Source: a virus (taxonomy: Duplodnaviria > Caudoviricetes). From it: a stretch of DNA of 64,000 nucleotides. Both the position numbers and the translations under genes were made by a program. Of this stretch, positions 8,276-18,532 are shown piece by piece (position 1 is the first letter of the stretch; every line of letters begins with the position of its first letter). Location of the stretch: IMG/VR virus record IMGVR_UViG_3300027852_000032, positions 32,001 to 96,000 of that record. One strand, written 5' to 3'. The notes under the pieces are model-generated. The model ran no database searches, had not been told where the DNA came from, and saw nothing but the letters and a program-made list of their open reading frames with translations.

Positions 8276-8890
8276 ATGCTTGAATATATACCCAGTGTTT
8301 CATTTGGGAAAGATTCAACAGCAATGCTGTTGATGATGATAGAAAAAAACGAGCCCATACATTCTGTTATGTATTTTAATACTGAACGGGAATTTCCAGA
8401 AATTCTCGTTCACGCAAAGAAGTTGATCGCTGATACAAGCACGAAAGTTAAATTCCAGACCGTCCGGCATTGGGCGGGGTTCGATTTCCTGGAAGCTCGG
8501 TACGGTCGCCCGCATCCCTCTGGTGGATGGTGTGCCGGAAGGAAAGGGGATGTGTGCAATAAATATTTAAGGCTGATGTTGAAAGATAACCCAGATATTG
8601 TTGAATGTATAGGTTATTCGGCGAATGAGCAGAAAAGGGCAGATAAATTGCTTAAATCAAAAAAGAAAAAATGGCCTTTACGTTTCCCGTTAATTGAATG
8701 GGGTATTACCGAAAAGATGGCGCTGGAATATTGTTACGATCACGGGTATCGTTTCAGTGGCGTTTATGATTGGATGCCGTCAAAAAGGGTAAGTTGTTAT
8801 GATTGCCCTAAACAATCGAAAGCTGATTTTGCAGCTATAAAGGAGCATCATCCGGAGCTAATAGGAGGAGGGGATGAAGTTGACGTATGA
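8276..8890 (+). CDS. PAPS-reductase-family (PP-loop) protein
   Basis: SFGKDSTAM PP-loop, NTEREFPE, WCAGRK, IGYSANEQKR, FPLIEWG, RVSCYDCP. Confidence 0.85.
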   Translation: MLEYIPSVSFGKDSTAMLLMMIEKNEPIHSVMYFNTEREFPEILVHAKKLIADTSTKVKFQTVRHWAGFDFLEARYGRPHPSGGWCAGRKGDVCNKYLRLMLKDNPDIVECIGYSANEQKRADKLLKSKKKKWPLRFPLIEWGITEKMALEYCYDHGYRFSGVYDWMPSKRVSCYDCPKQSKADFAAIKEHHPELIGGGDEVDV

Positions 8891-9392
8891 AAGGGTTAGG
8901 GAGGTTTTGGATTACGACCCTGGGACTGGTGAGTTTGTTTGGAAGGATCGGAGTTCCAATAAGTTCAGTGGTAAAATCGCTGGAACACTCAATCCGAATG
9001 GATATAATTATATTCAAATAGACAGGAAAATTATTTTTGCCCATCGTTTGGCTTGGCTTTACATTTATGGATATTTACCAGAACATCAGATTGACCATAT
9101 TAACCAGGTCAGAAACGACAATAGAATCAAAAATCTCAGGGAGGTTTCCCAGTCATGTAACATGCAGAATCAGAAGATTGATATAAGGAATAAGTCAGGT
9201 GTCACAGGTGTTAGTTGGTGTAAACGGGATAGGAATTGGCAGGTCTATATAAAAAAGAATAGAAAGCAAATCCACCTGGGTTTTTTCAATAACCTTCTTG
9301 ACGCAGCAAAAGCCCGTTATGCAGGAGAACAAAAATATTTTAATTGTGTAGTAAAGTCATCAGCAGAAAAATTTATAAAGGAAAATTCATAA
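8874..9392 (+). CDS. HNH homing endonuclease (HNH_3 plus AP2-like C-terminus)
   Basis: LDYDPGTGEF, AHRLAW, IDHINQVRNDNRIKNLR, SGVTGVSW..HLGFF..AAKAR. Confidence 0.9.
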   Translation: MKLTYERVREVLDYDPGTGEFVWKDRSSNKFSGKIAGTLNPNGYNYIQIDRKIIFAHRLAWLYIYGYLPEHQIDHINQVRNDNRIKNLREVSQSCNMQNQKIDIRNKSGVTGVSWCKRDRNWQVYIKKNRKQIHLGFFNNLLDAAKARYAGEQKYFNCVVKSSAEKFIKENS

Positions 9393-11416
9393 TGCTTAAA
9401 AAAATAGAGAAACTACGAATAGAACTTCACGATCTCAATCGTAAATATCACACAGAAGGCAACTCCGAGGTTTTGGATTCGGTCTACGATAAAAAGTTCC
9501 GGGAGTTGCTGGACTTAGAAGCAAAATGCCCTGAAGCATATTCACCGAACTCACCCACATCACGAGTGGGGTCCCCGCCGAAAGGGGACAGCGGGTTCAA
9601 AAAAGTTAAGCATAAAATCCCAATGTTAGGGTTGGATAACTGTTTTACTGAGGAAGAAGTCATGGCTTTTCACAAACGGGTTTTAAATCTCACGGAAGAT
9701 GCGGTCTGTGATGATATCGTATATATTTCTGAACCCAAGTTCGATGGGGTGGCGATTGAGTTGATTTACGAAAATGGAGTTCTATCCCAAGCCCTAACGA
9801 GGGGGGATGGGAAAATAGGGGAGGACGTAACCGACAATGTGAAAACTATTCCAACTGTACCGATTTTCATCAAAGATGGAGTCGGCTGGTTCCCGGAATA
9901 TCTTGAAGTGAGGGGTGAAATTTTCATAGCTAAAGAGCCCTTTAACAGGCTGAATAAGGAGCGAAGTTTAAAAGGGCTACCTATATTCGCCAATCCCAGA
10001 AACGCTGCTGCTGGAGCTCTGAGGCAGATAGATTCAAGAGGTACAGCGGAACGCCCTTTGGACATAGTTATTCATGGAGTTGGAAAAACAAAAGGAATGA
10101 GTTTTTTCAGTTCTCAGGCAGATATTATGAGATCGTTATTTTTTCTTGGGTTCAAAACTCCACCGAATTCTATGTTAAGATCAGGTATAAAAGAAGTCTG
10201 GAGTTACTGTAACTGGTTATTAGAAAGGAGGGACTCTCTGTCTTATGAGATCGATGGCGTAGTGATCAAAATCGACAACCTTGATTTGCAGAATGCTCTC
10301 GGGTCCACAGGAAGAGCACCCAGGTGGGCGACATCTTACAAGTTTCCCGCTCTGCAGGAGATGACTGTGGTTGAGGATATAATAGTCCAGGTCGGTAGGT
10401 CAGGAGTTTTAACGCCGGTTGCGGTGCTGGAACCCAAAGTGGTTAGCGGCGTTACGATCTCAAGAGCGACCTTGCACAATGAGAAGGAAGTCCACAGGAA
10501 GGACATAAGAGTAGGCGATACCGTTGTCGTACAACGGGCGGGGGATGTCATTCCGGAAATCGTCAAGGTTGTCCTTTCCGAAAGAGAAGGAGAGGAAGAA
10601 AGAAAGGTATTCAGGATGCCTGAAAATTGCCCCTCATGCAACCATCCTGTGCAAAAGAAAAGGGGCGAGATAGCCATCACTTGCAGTAACAGTTACTGTC
10701 CCGCACAATCGGCCGAGAGCATTAAGCACTTTGTATCCAAAAAAGCTTTCGATATTGATGGGTTCGGAAAAAAGCTTTCCGATCAGCTTGTTGAAGAACT
10801 AATAATTAAGTCCAGAGCTGACATTTTCAGGTTGGACAGGAAAAAATTATTACGTATGGATCGGATGGGCGAGACGTCGGTTAAAAAGTTACTTGATAAT
10901 ATTGAAAAAAGTAAAAACATTACATTTGAAAAATTTATATGTTCCCTGGGAATCCCAAATGTAGGCCGGCATGTTTCGGAATTGCTTGCTGATAAATACA
11001 ATAACATTGCAGATATGTTCTTTGGAGTTCCAATTATGCAGGGGATCGGTGGTAAGATAACAGAGAACATCTCTTATTTTTTCTCCGAGCAGCATGGGGC
11101 TGTGATGGTACAGGAGCTTATAGAATTGGGTGTCCGGATTCAGTATCCGAAATCAAATTCTGATTCCGAGGAAGAATCTGGGACCAGGCTCAACGGAGAA
11201 AAATTTGTTGTAACCGGAAAGTTGGAAAGAGCGGGCAGGAGCGAAACGAAGGCCATGATAAAAGATAACGGAGGAAAAGTCAGCGGTTCGGTCAGCAAGA
11301 AAACGGATTTTCTGGTGGTAGGAAGCTCTCCAGGGAGTAAACTGAAACGTGCTCAGGAACTGGGTGTTAAGGTAGTCAGCGAAGAAGAACTTCATCAGAT
11401 GCTAATTGAGGAATAA
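9392..11416 (+). CDS. ligA: NAD+-dependent DNA ligase
   Basis: EPKFDG adenylation motif, TRGDG, EVRGE, NPRNAAAG, YEIDGVVIK, RATLHN, RAGDVIP, C4 zinc finger, HhH repeats, BRCT (GSVSKKTDFLVVG). Confidence 0.97.
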   Translation: MLKKIEKLRIELHDLNRKYHTEGNSEVLDSVYDKKFRELLDLEAKCPEAYSPNSPTSRVGSPPKGDSGFKKVKHKIPMLGLDNCFTEEEVMAFHKRVLNLTEDAVCDDIVYISEPKFDGVAIELIYENGVLSQALTRGDGKIGEDVTDNVKTIPTVPIFIKDGVGWFPEYLEVRGEIFIAKEPFNRLNKERSLKGLPIFANPRNAAAGALRQIDSRGTAERPLDIVIHGVGKTKGMSFFSSQADIMRSLFFLGFKTPPNSMLRSGIKEVWSYCNWLLERRDSLSYEIDGVVIKIDNLDLQNALGSTGRAPRWATSYKFPALQEMTVVEDIIVQVGRSGVLTPVAVLEPKVVSGVTISRATLHNEKEVHRKDIRVGDTVVVQRAGDVIPEIVKVVLSEREGEEERKVFRMPENCPSCNHPVQKKRGEIAITCSNSYCPAQSAESIKHFVSKKAFDIDGFGKKLSDQLVEELIIKSRADIFRLDRKKLLRMDRMGETSVKKLLDNIEKSKNITFEKFICSLGIPNVGRHVSELLADKYNNIADMFFGVPIMQGIGGKITENISYFFSEQHGAVMVQELIELGVRIQYPKSNSDSEEESGTRLNGEKFVVTGKLERAGRSETKAMIKDNGGKVSGSVSKKTDFLVVGSSPGSKLKRAQELGVKVVSEEELHQMLIEE

Positions 11417-11419
11417 ACA

Positions 11420-11683
11420 ATGGATCAACGACACGCAAAATTAAGGGCTTGTGCTTCTTGCGAATGGATTTTTAGAGAAGAGCAGGGTGACGAAGGTTGC
11501 CCTAAATGCGGGTTTGCTCATTATGGAGCAAGGTATGTTTACGGGAAAAAGTGTTACAAATACGAAGAAACCCAGCAACCCTGGATTGATAAAGAGGTTT
11601 CTGAATTCATTGCTGGGCTGCAAAAACAGATAATCGGCAAACACAGAAAAAATTGCCGGAGCAAATCAAAATTAAAATTTTAA
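11420..11683 (+). CDS. Zinc-ribbon hypothetical protein
   Basis: CASC..CPKC; GAGG RBS. Confidence 0.7.
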   Translation: MDQRHAKLRACASCEWIFREEQGDEGCPKCGFAHYGARYVYGKKCYKYEETQQPWIDKEVSEFIAGLQKQIIGKHRKNCRSKSKLKF

Positions 11684-11691
11684 TTTAAAGC

Positions 11692-11719
11692 TTGCCAATC
11701 TACTATAACCTGCTATAAT
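11692..11719 (+). promoter_or_regulatory. sigma70-type promoter
   Basis: TTGCCA-16 nt-TATAAT with extended -10 (TGcTATAAT), upstream of the HTH gene and the replication operon. Confidence 0.7.
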
Positions 11720-11730
11720 CCGCGTCTATT

Positions 11731-11946
11731 ATGATTATAAAAAAAGAAAATGATAGAAAACGAATAATAAAAATCGGAGAAGCCGCAAAGATGTTGGGCA
11801 CTACGCCAGCCACTTTGCGGTTTTGGGAGCGAACGGGGGAAATACTTCCGGCAAGGAAAACCGCCGGAGGTACCCGTTATTACGATGTCGAAAGCCTTCA
11901 GCTTTTGATAAGGAACACAAAACCGACTGATGAAAACGTGGAGTAG
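11731..11946 (+). CDS. MerR-type HTH protein resembling the IS607 TnpA N-terminal DNA-binding domain; no catalytic domain
   Basis: IKIGEAAKMLGTTPATLRFWERTGEILPARKTAGGTRYY; stops before any YARVSS motif. Confidence 0.8.
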   Translation: MIIKKENDRKRIIKIGEAAKMLGTTPATLRFWERTGEILPARKTAGGTRYYDVESLQLLIRNTKPTDENVE

Positions 11947-12011
11947 CGATCTTTGATCCTTGCGAGTAGCTTGGAATTAATATCTTTATAATCCAGGAGT
12001 AAAAAAAAGAA

Positions 12012-14849
12012 ATGGATCAAGATTCGGATATAAAAATCAAAATTACAAAATTTGGAGATCGAAAAAATATCCTGGGTAAAAAGGTGTTTCTTGCGAAAGC
12101 ATCTAATGCTGATGCGCCTGTCCTTGAAAAAGAATCGGTGGTCGCATTTTCCCAGGGATATTTTGAAACAATAACAACAACATGGGATAAATTTGGAGAA
12201 GTCTTAACCGCACTAAAGCCGAACGAAACGCTCGGCATGGGTGTAAATGTAAATGCCAATGGCGTCAAAAAGTATGGAGGTGAAGTAGTAACCGCCCTCA
12301 CAGAGGCTAAGCGTAAGGCATCAGAGAAGAAAGAAACCGAAGTTTTTTGTGCCCGAACCTTATCAAATTTTGTCTGGCACAAACCACCAAGCTTAATTCG
12401 CAACGTAGTGATGATCGATGTTGATGATATAACGTCATCGATGACGCAATCGAATATTATCAAAAAGTTTTTTAAACTGTATCCTGAAATGTTGAAACTT
12501 CCGGGTGGTTGTTGGACTCGGGCATCAGCAGGAGCATATATTAAAAATATAAAAGATGGTTCTTGGTTTACGGAGCTCTCTGGTATGCACCTGTACTTCG
12601 CGCTGCCCAGTTCAGTCGAAATTTCTGATCTAAAAAAATACCTGCGAGTACAATCATGGTTGGCAGAGGAGGGCAGGTACGTAGCAAGCAAACACCGCTT
12701 CGGATATTCACTCTTGGAGAGGCACTTCATTGACATGAGTGTATTTTCTCCGGAAAGGCTTGATTTCATCGGTGGAAGTGTTTGTGGCGAGGGTCTTGTA
12801 CAGGAAAGACCGGCTCCAAAACATGTAAAAACAAATTCAACCACATCCGCAGCTCCTGATTTTTCAGTTTCGGATGATGAAAAAGAGCTTGCTGATTACC
12901 TCCGGCAGGAAGCGAAATCAAAACTGGGTTCGAATTTGCCACATGTAAAAGTTGAAAAAGGAATGGAAAAATATGTGGCTGCTGTGGAAGCCGGAACGCT
13001 TCCTGGAATGTTTCCCTTGAACTTTGATACTATGGGAAGAGTATTTGTTTGGGAGGTAATATTTCAACCTGAAAAATTTAAAGGGCAAACACTTAGCGAT
13101 CCCCTGTTCCCAGAGAAGGGGAGGTGTAAAGCCAAGTATTATTTCAACGAGGAGGGAAACACTGACTCACGACATGTAATTAACTCTTTTGTAAAAGGAG
13201 GTAGGCAATTCTTTTTGGCACTGGATTTGGAAGGTGCCCGAAATATGGTCAAAAATTTAAACCTGGAAGATTTGGAGGCTCATTTCGGGGCAGATGGACT
13301 GGGATGGGAAGAGATCGCTGCTATGAAATCAGATGCGGAACTTCAAGGTTTATTGGAGGACTTGAAAATGAGGGGGATAGGGAAACTGGCAGAACTGAAA
13401 GCCCATATAGGGAAAGCAAAGGGTGACGGTTTGCTGGAAAAAAAGCAAGCTGTGTTGGATGATTTTAACGAGCGGTTTGCTTATGTTGACATCGGGTCCA
13501 ATCCAAGAATTATAGAGGACACCGGAGATGCAATTCTTTTGCGTACAAGGCGGGATTTCTTAACCGCGGTTGAAAACATACATATTCCTGTCTGGTCAAA
13601 AACAAAAAACTGTGTGACTAACGCGGCAGCCGGTGTTTGCTGGTTGCAATGGGATAAAAAAAGGATGTACGACGGGATTGAGTTCAACCCGACCGTACAA
13701 GCGAAGGAGTTTAAGCGAGGTAAAAAGAGAATATATAACCGATTCAAGGGTTTTTCAGTCGAACCAACGAATACCAGGGTATGCGGGCGTGAGGCATGTA
13801 AAGGTTTGGGTTGCTTTAGGTGGTTCTTTGGTGATGGTAAAAAACACAAAGGGCAGTTTAAACTCTGCCCAAGCGGATCATGGACTTACTGGCTTATGAC
13901 AATCCACGACGTTGTTACGGAAAAAAATAAAAAGCATACTCGATGGGTTTTGGACTGGCTGGTAGACACGGTAAAGAATCCTGTACATGGTGCGGGAAGG
14001 CCTGGAACAAGTCTTGTTGTCAGGGGTGGGCAGGGGACAGGAAAAGGAAGTGTTGTCTGGCCAATCATGCAGATTCTAAGCCCGTATACGTTCCAGTGCG
14101 ATTCAATGGCAGAAGTTCTTGCCCCCTTCAATGCTTTTATGGAGGACACAATATTATTGTTTGCTGATGAAGCGATCTGGGGAGGATCTAAGAAAGAAAG
14201 CGGCAAACTAAAGCGGCTGATAACTGAGGATACGCTCAATATCCAACGGAAAGGGATTGATACTTGTCAGGCTCCCAACTTTATCCGGATGTATGTTTCT
14301 TCGAATGGCACATGGGTTGTTCCTGCTGAGGATGACGAGCGTCGGTATACGGTATTTAACGTTTCTGACGACTACAAGGTTAATCACGAGTGGTTCGCCA
14401 AAGTCAAAGGTGCAAGTCTTAGCGAGCTTTTGGACGAAATTTACAACTGGGATATCAAATCCGACATCAAACACAACCTCCAAACGGAAGCGTTGGAGGA
14501 TCAAAAAAGGCAGGGGTGGTCAGTGTATGACGAGTTCCTGTCCGATTCTCTTGACGAGATGCGGTATTGGGATTTCAAATTTAGACCAAGGGAAGTGTCG
14601 AATACCGAGATAACTTTGGTTTATGAGACCGAGTACGCACGGCATTGGAAGGCGAAGGGTTTGACCAGTAGGATGTTTATCGGTCGTTTGCGGAAGAAAT
14701 TCAAAGATGTGGGAGTTGATCTTCCGAGGGGACAAAAAATTAAACAAGGACAAGACTGGGTTTACGGGTTTAAGTTTCCGGAGTTCGAATCGGTTTGCTC
14801 GGTAATCAATATTGATCCCGAAAAAAAGAAAAAGGAGATTTCTGTATGA
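12012..14849 (+). CDS. Primase-helicase (AEP/Prim-Pol-like N-terminus plus DUF5906/SF3 helicase)
   Basis: MIDVDD and SGMHLYF primase-like motifs; Walker A GGQGTGKG, FADEA, KLKRLIT, VPAEDDERRY. Confidence 0.85.
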   Translation: MDQDSDIKIKITKFGDRKNILGKKVFLAKASNADAPVLEKESVVAFSQGYFETITTTWDKFGEVLTALKPNETLGMGVNVNANGVKKYGGEVVTALTEAKRKASEKKETEVFCARTLSNFVWHKPPSLIRNVVMIDVDDITSSMTQSNIIKKFFKLYPEMLKLPGGCWTRASAGAYIKNIKDGSWFTELSGMHLYFALPSSVEISDLKKYLRVQSWLAEEGRYVASKHRFGYSLLERHFIDMSVFSPERLDFIGGSVCGEGLVQERPAPKHVKTNSTTSAAPDFSVSDDEKELADYLRQEAKSKLGSNLPHVKVEKGMEKYVAAVEAGTLPGMFPLNFDTMGRVFVWEVIFQPEKFKGQTLSDPLFPEKGRCKAKYYFNEEGNTDSRHVINSFVKGGRQFFLALDLEGARNMVKNLNLEDLEAHFGADGLGWEEIAAMKSDAELQGLLEDLKMRGIGKLAELKAHIGKAKGDGLLEKKQAVLDDFNERFAYVDIGSNPRIIEDTGDAILLRTRRDFLTAVENIHIPVWSKTKNCVTNAAAGVCWLQWDKKRMYDGIEFNPTVQAKEFKRGKKRIYNRFKGFSVEPTNTRVCGREACKGLGCFRWFFGDGKKHKGQFKLCPSGSWTYWLMTIHDVVTEKNKKHTRWVLDWLVDTVKNPVHGAGRPGTSLVVRGGQGTGKGSVVWPIMQILSPYTFQCDSMAEVLAPFNAFMEDTILLFADEAIWGGSKKESGKLKRLITEDTLNIQRKGIDTCQAPNFIRMYVSSNGTWVVPAEDDERRYTVFNVSDDYKVNHEWFAKVKGASLSELLDEIYNWDIKSDIKHNLQTEALEDQKRQGWSVYDEFLSDSLDEMRYWDFKFRPREVSNTEITLVYETEYARHWKAKGLTSRMFIGRLRKKFKDVGVDLPRGQKIKQGQDWVYGFKFPEFESVCSVINIDPEKKKKEISV

Positions 14850-15298
14850 TAGACCAAATATGGTCGAAATACCCACAAGAAGCTTACACGGTAACAGTAC
14901 CAGATGGCCGCGTAATGGGGCTCGGCGTACACCCTGCGTTCAGTACCGCCCCTGGAGCATGGAATATATTCTGGCTGACCTGTCCGGCATTGGATGACTT
15001 AGCCTACTATAAAGGAGATCCTGCGAACTATTACCACACAATGACCTCGCTTCCGATCTGTGTGGGGGCTGCGTTGCAGTTGGTCCCAATGAATGAGGAT
15101 GAACCAGGATCAGTAACTTACGGGCAATTGGCAACAAGACATACGCCATCGGAATTTATTAAGATTGTTGGGCCAGATAAAGATAACTTTCTTCTCTCTG
15201 CTTATTACGGTGACTATTGGTTTAAATTAGCTGAGGGTAACACCAAGAAATATGAAAAGAATCATGGCAATGTTGTTCATCATGACTTTAGGAGATAA
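14846..15298 (+). CDS. Hypothetical protein
   Basis: AAGGAG RBS; ATGA coupling. Confidence 0.65.
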   Translation: MIDQIWSKYPQEAYTVTVPDGRVMGLGVHPAFSTAPGAWNIFWLTCPALDDLAYYKGDPANYYHTMTSLPICVGAALQLVPMNEDEPGSVTYGQLATRHTPSEFIKIVGPDKDNFLLSAYYGDYWFKLAEGNTKKYEKNHGNVVHHDFRR

Positions 15299-15300
15299 AG

Positions 15301-16236
15301 ATGAAAACGATAGTAAAGGTAATTTTCGGGTCTTATCTATATGGAACGGCAACACCCGAATCAGACAGGGACTATAAAGGTGTATTCATGCCAACACGGG
15401 AGCAAATCTTTTTAGGTAAAATCCCGAAAAGTATCAACACATCAACGGGATCAGATAATAAAAGGAATACTGCCGATGATGTTGATATGGAAATGTATTC
15501 GCTCCCTTACTTTATAAAGCTGGCGTGTGAGGGGCAAACTGTAGCACTCGACATGCTCCATGCGCCACGATGGGCGATTATAGAGAACTCAAATCTCTGG
15601 TCGGAAATTGCAAGGAGAAGAAGTGGGTTTTACACAAAGAATCTCAAAGCCTTTATCGGATACGCTCGTCGACAAGCTGCTAAGTATAGCGTCAAAGGCA
15701 GCAGACTAAAAGCTGCAAAGGAGGTCATAGACATATTGACGCCGTTTTCCAATGAAACCCGAATGGCAAATATTTGGGATATACTTCCGGTGGGCGAACA
15801 CCTGCATATGTTGGGCGAGAATCGAAACAACCTGAGAGAATATCGGGTTTGCGGAAAGATTATCCAGGAATCAGCTAAGGTTGACTACGTCCTGGATATG
15901 CTCAACAAATTCTGTTATGCCTTCGGAAAACGAGCAAGGGATGCCGCGGATAATAAAAACATCGATTGGAAAGCAGTCTCCCATGCCATGAGGGCGGCGT
16001 ATCAAACTATAGAAATCTTAGAGCGCGGAACATTGAGCTTTCCGTTGTTAACAGCACCTCTGCTGCGGTTAATAAAACAAGGCGGGCTTGACTATGTAGA
16101 AATGGTTTCCCCTATGCTGGAAGGACTTATTAAGAGGGTTGAGGTTCTTTCTGGAGAAAGTGAGCTTCCGGAAAAAGTGGACCAAAAGTACTGGGATAAT
16201 TTTGTTATAGAAGCTATGGAAGGTAGCTTAAGATGA
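15301..16236 (+). CDS. Pol-beta-superfamily nucleotidyltransferase (T4 NrdC.11/RlaP-like)
   Basis: FGSYLYGTATPESDRDYKG (GS..DxD), GQTVALDML, GYARRQAAKY, DWKAVSHAMR. Confidence 0.85.
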   Translation: MKTIVKVIFGSYLYGTATPESDRDYKGVFMPTREQIFLGKIPKSINTSTGSDNKRNTADDVDMEMYSLPYFIKLACEGQTVALDMLHAPRWAIIENSNLWSEIARRRSGFYTKNLKAFIGYARRQAAKYSVKGSRLKAAKEVIDILTPFSNETRMANIWDILPVGEHLHMLGENRNNLREYRVCGKIIQESAKVDYVLDMLNKFCYAFGKRARDAADNKNIDWKAVSHAMRAAYQTIEILERGTLSFPLLTAPLLRLIKQGGLDYVEMVSPMLEGLIKRVEVLSGESELPEKVDQKYWDNFVIEAMEGSLR

Positions 16237-17669
16237 AAGGAACCCCTTGTGACATAATTTTAGAGAGTTATGAACTACCTTTCGAACTCCGTCCCGATCA
16301 GATTCTGGCTATCAACAAAGTGTGCGTTTCCGATTGGGAAAAGGCCGCTTTGTTCATGGATGTTGGGGTTGGTAAAACTGTAGTTTCAACTCTAATCGCA
16401 TTCTGGTGGGCAATGCGAGGTGATATTGATCAAATTGTTGTCGTAATGCCCCCTATCATTTTACTACAATGGGAAGAGTGGATTCAGACGTTTCCAGATA
16501 TCACCACAAGTATTTATTATGGAACACTGAAACAAAGAAAAACAATCGATTTAAGCGCTGATTTCGTTTTCACAACAAACGGAATGTTTAAGAACGATTT
16601 CGAAAAAATAAAGGAATATTACCAGAATAAAAAAGTGCTGCTTCTTGTAGACGAAGCGGCATCATTAAGAAACATCGAAACGCTGTTCTATTCAGCTGTC
16701 AGGGAGTTTGTGTTCCTTACTCCATATAAACGTTTGCTTATGCTGACCGGAACAGCTTTGGGCGCTCCGCAGCACGCTTACGCTTATATGAGTTTGAAAA
16801 CACCGGATTTGTATCGTGATTACCTGCGGTTTGTTATGCAGCACGTAGAAAAAACAGATAAATTCAAGCGGGTGACGAAGTATCGGAGCTTAGATGTGTT
16901 GGCTGCTAATTTAATGGAGCAAACAATCTGGTTGAAAGCCGAGGACGTTCTGGATCTTCCGCCAGTTACCTGTGTTCCAAAAATTTATGAACTTTCAAAA
17001 AAACACATGAAACTCTATAATGATTTGGTCGAGGAAAAGTTGTTGGAACTGGATGACGGGGCTACACTGGACGGCACTACTCCGGAAAGAATGAGGCATA
17101 CGTGCCAGCGGGTTATCATGTCCCCAAGTACTTACATGGATTCCAAGATAGTTCCATCGGGTTTTGCATTAATCGACTCATTTACTAACGAATTAGGAAT
17201 GTTTAAAGGAGGTGCAGGATGTGAGAAATTAGTTATCTACTGTAATTACAGGGATACAAACGAGTACGTGCATGAGCATGTAACAGAGAAGTTAAAATTA
17301 AAAGCTGTTCAGGCATTTGGGAAGCTTGGACCCAAAAAAAACATGGACGCTGTCCAGCAGTTTTTAAACGATCCGGAGATTCAAATATTAATCGCCCACC
17401 CAGGGAGCGTGGGGATAGGTTGTAACTTTCAATCCGTTTGCCGTGCGGTTCTCTTTTTGGAGATACCAACCACTGCAAACACTTATATCCAAGCGTTAGG
17501 TAGAGTTAAGAGGGAAGGTCAGAAAAGAAATATTATTGTCTGGCTTGCTACAGCGAAAGGTACAATTCAGGTACACCTTAGAAGAGTTGTATTGAAATCA
17601 GAGGATATGGTTCAAATCGTGATGCCAACTAAAGAAACTTTACGTTCTGCACTTTTTGGCTTGACGTAG
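16233..17669 (+). CDS. SNF2-family (SF2) helicase
   Basis: MDVGVGKT, LLVDEA, MLTGT, GIGCN, QALGRVKREGQ. Confidence 0.9.
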   Translation: MKGTPCDIILESYELPFELRPDQILAINKVCVSDWEKAALFMDVGVGKTVVSTLIAFWWAMRGDIDQIVVVMPPIILLQWEEWIQTFPDITTSIYYGTLKQRKTIDLSADFVFTTNGMFKNDFEKIKEYYQNKKVLLLVDEAASLRNIETLFYSAVREFVFLTPYKRLLMLTGTALGAPQHAYAYMSLKTPDLYRDYLRFVMQHVEKTDKFKRVTKYRSLDVLAANLMEQTIWLKAEDVLDLPPVTCVPKIYELSKKHMKLYNDLVEEKLLELDDGATLDGTTPERMRHTCQRVIMSPSTYMDSKIVPSGFALIDSFTNELGMFKGGAGCEKLVIYCNYRDTNEYVHEHVTEKLKLKAVQAFGKLGPKKNMDAVQQFLNDPEIQILIAHPGSVGIGCNFQSVCRAVLFLEIPTTANTYIQALGRVKREGQKRNIIVWLATAKGTIQVHLRRVVLKSEDMVQIVMPTKETLRSALFGLT

Positions 17670-17740
17670 TATTACCAATATGATAGTAATATAGATGTAC
17701 ATGTTAATAATAATAGTTTAATAGAAAAGGAAAATGACAA

Positions 17741-18484
17741 ATGGCTATGAAAAGAAACGTTGAAGAAGCAAAGAGTAATTTCGATGAAGCAGTTAATGCC
17801 GCCGGTACAAAAACAGTTGAAGCGGAAACAAAAACAGTTAATGCCGCTGGAACAAAAACAGTTGAGGCAGAAACAAAAACAGTTGCAAAAGCGGCACCCA
17901 CTGTGGTTGCGAAAGCTGTGAAGCGGGATATGGTCAATGTATTCAGCGGTCTTGAAGATCAGTTTACCGCTGACTACGGAATGCTCCCCCGGATCAAGGC
18001 GTCAAACGGAAATTGCATGGATGGGGATGATAAAATCCTTGGAGCAGAGATCGAGATCCAGGTTCTTTCTTGGAACAAAAATTATGTTGCGAGCCCCTGT
18101 AATAAGGATGCCCCCTCTGATTTGGTGAAATATTCACTCAACAGGGAGGCTTTTGACGACGGGACAGGTGGTTTAGATGAGTACATCTCTGACCTCAAGA
18201 AGGCAGGTTGGGCGGATGCCTGCGTAAAGGAATATTTTGACGTCGTGGCTGTGCTTGTTAAGTCGGAAAAAGACAGTGAACACACGGGGGAGATGGTGCA
18301 GCTCCAGCTTGCCCCTACTTCTGTCAAAGCATTCAATGGATTTAGGTTGCAGACTGGATTCAAAATCGCACGGGGATTACTGTCCGCTGATAGTTTAAAA
18401 ACAATCAAGGCGAGTGCGGAGGTCGTTTCTGCGAATGGATATACATGGACGAAGTTCTCTTTCAGTCCCATAATTAAATATTGA
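17741..18484 (+). CDS. Putative single-stranded DNA-binding protein with N-terminal 15-aa tandem repeat
   Basis: Position after the helicase; own terminator; LPRIK..G and aromatic C-terminus; function inferred from context only. Confidence 0.45.
   Translation: MAMKRNVEEAKSNFDEAVNAAGTKTVEAETKTVNAAGTKTVEAETKTVAKAAPTVVAKAVKRDMVNVFSGLEDQFTADYGMLPRIKASNGNCMDGDDKILGAEIEIQVLSWNKNYVASPCNKDAPSDLVKYSLNREAFDDGTGGLDEYISDLKKAGWADACVKEYFDVVAVLVKSEKDSEHTGEMVQLQLAPTSVKAFNGFRLQTGFKIARGLLSADSLKTIKASAEVVSANGYTWTKFSFSPIIKY
17791..17884. repeat. 45-nt tandem repeat x2 (VNAAGTKTVEAETKT)
   Basis: The two units differ at 4 positions, all synonymous. Confidence 0.9.
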
Positions 18485-18501
18485 TTTAACATTTTGAGGG
18501 G

Positions 18502-18532
18502 GCAGGGAGCATTTTGAGGCTCCCTGCTTTTT
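18502..18532 (+). terminator. Rho-independent terminator
   Basis: GCAGGGAGC-loop-GCTCCCTGC followed by TTTTT. Confidence 0.85.

Noticed and set aside
8276-8890. Dnd phosphorothioation system or sulfate-assimilation AMG
   Set aside because: No dndA/B/D/E or ssp partners; the solitary phage PP-loop family has unknown function, and a link to the sulfotransferase is unsupported
11731-12011. Intact IS607 mobile element
   Set aside because: No serine-recombinase catalytic domain, no tnpB and no recognisable ends
12017-12844. Long antisense ORFs (for example 12017-12844, 30290-30799, 38798-39280)
   Set aside because: They are shadows of well-supported genes on the opposite strand, with no motifs or RBS
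17661-17690. sigma70 promoter upstream of the putative SSB (TTGACG...)
   Set aside because: Good -35 but no convincing -10 at 16-18 nt spacing, so not reported as a feature
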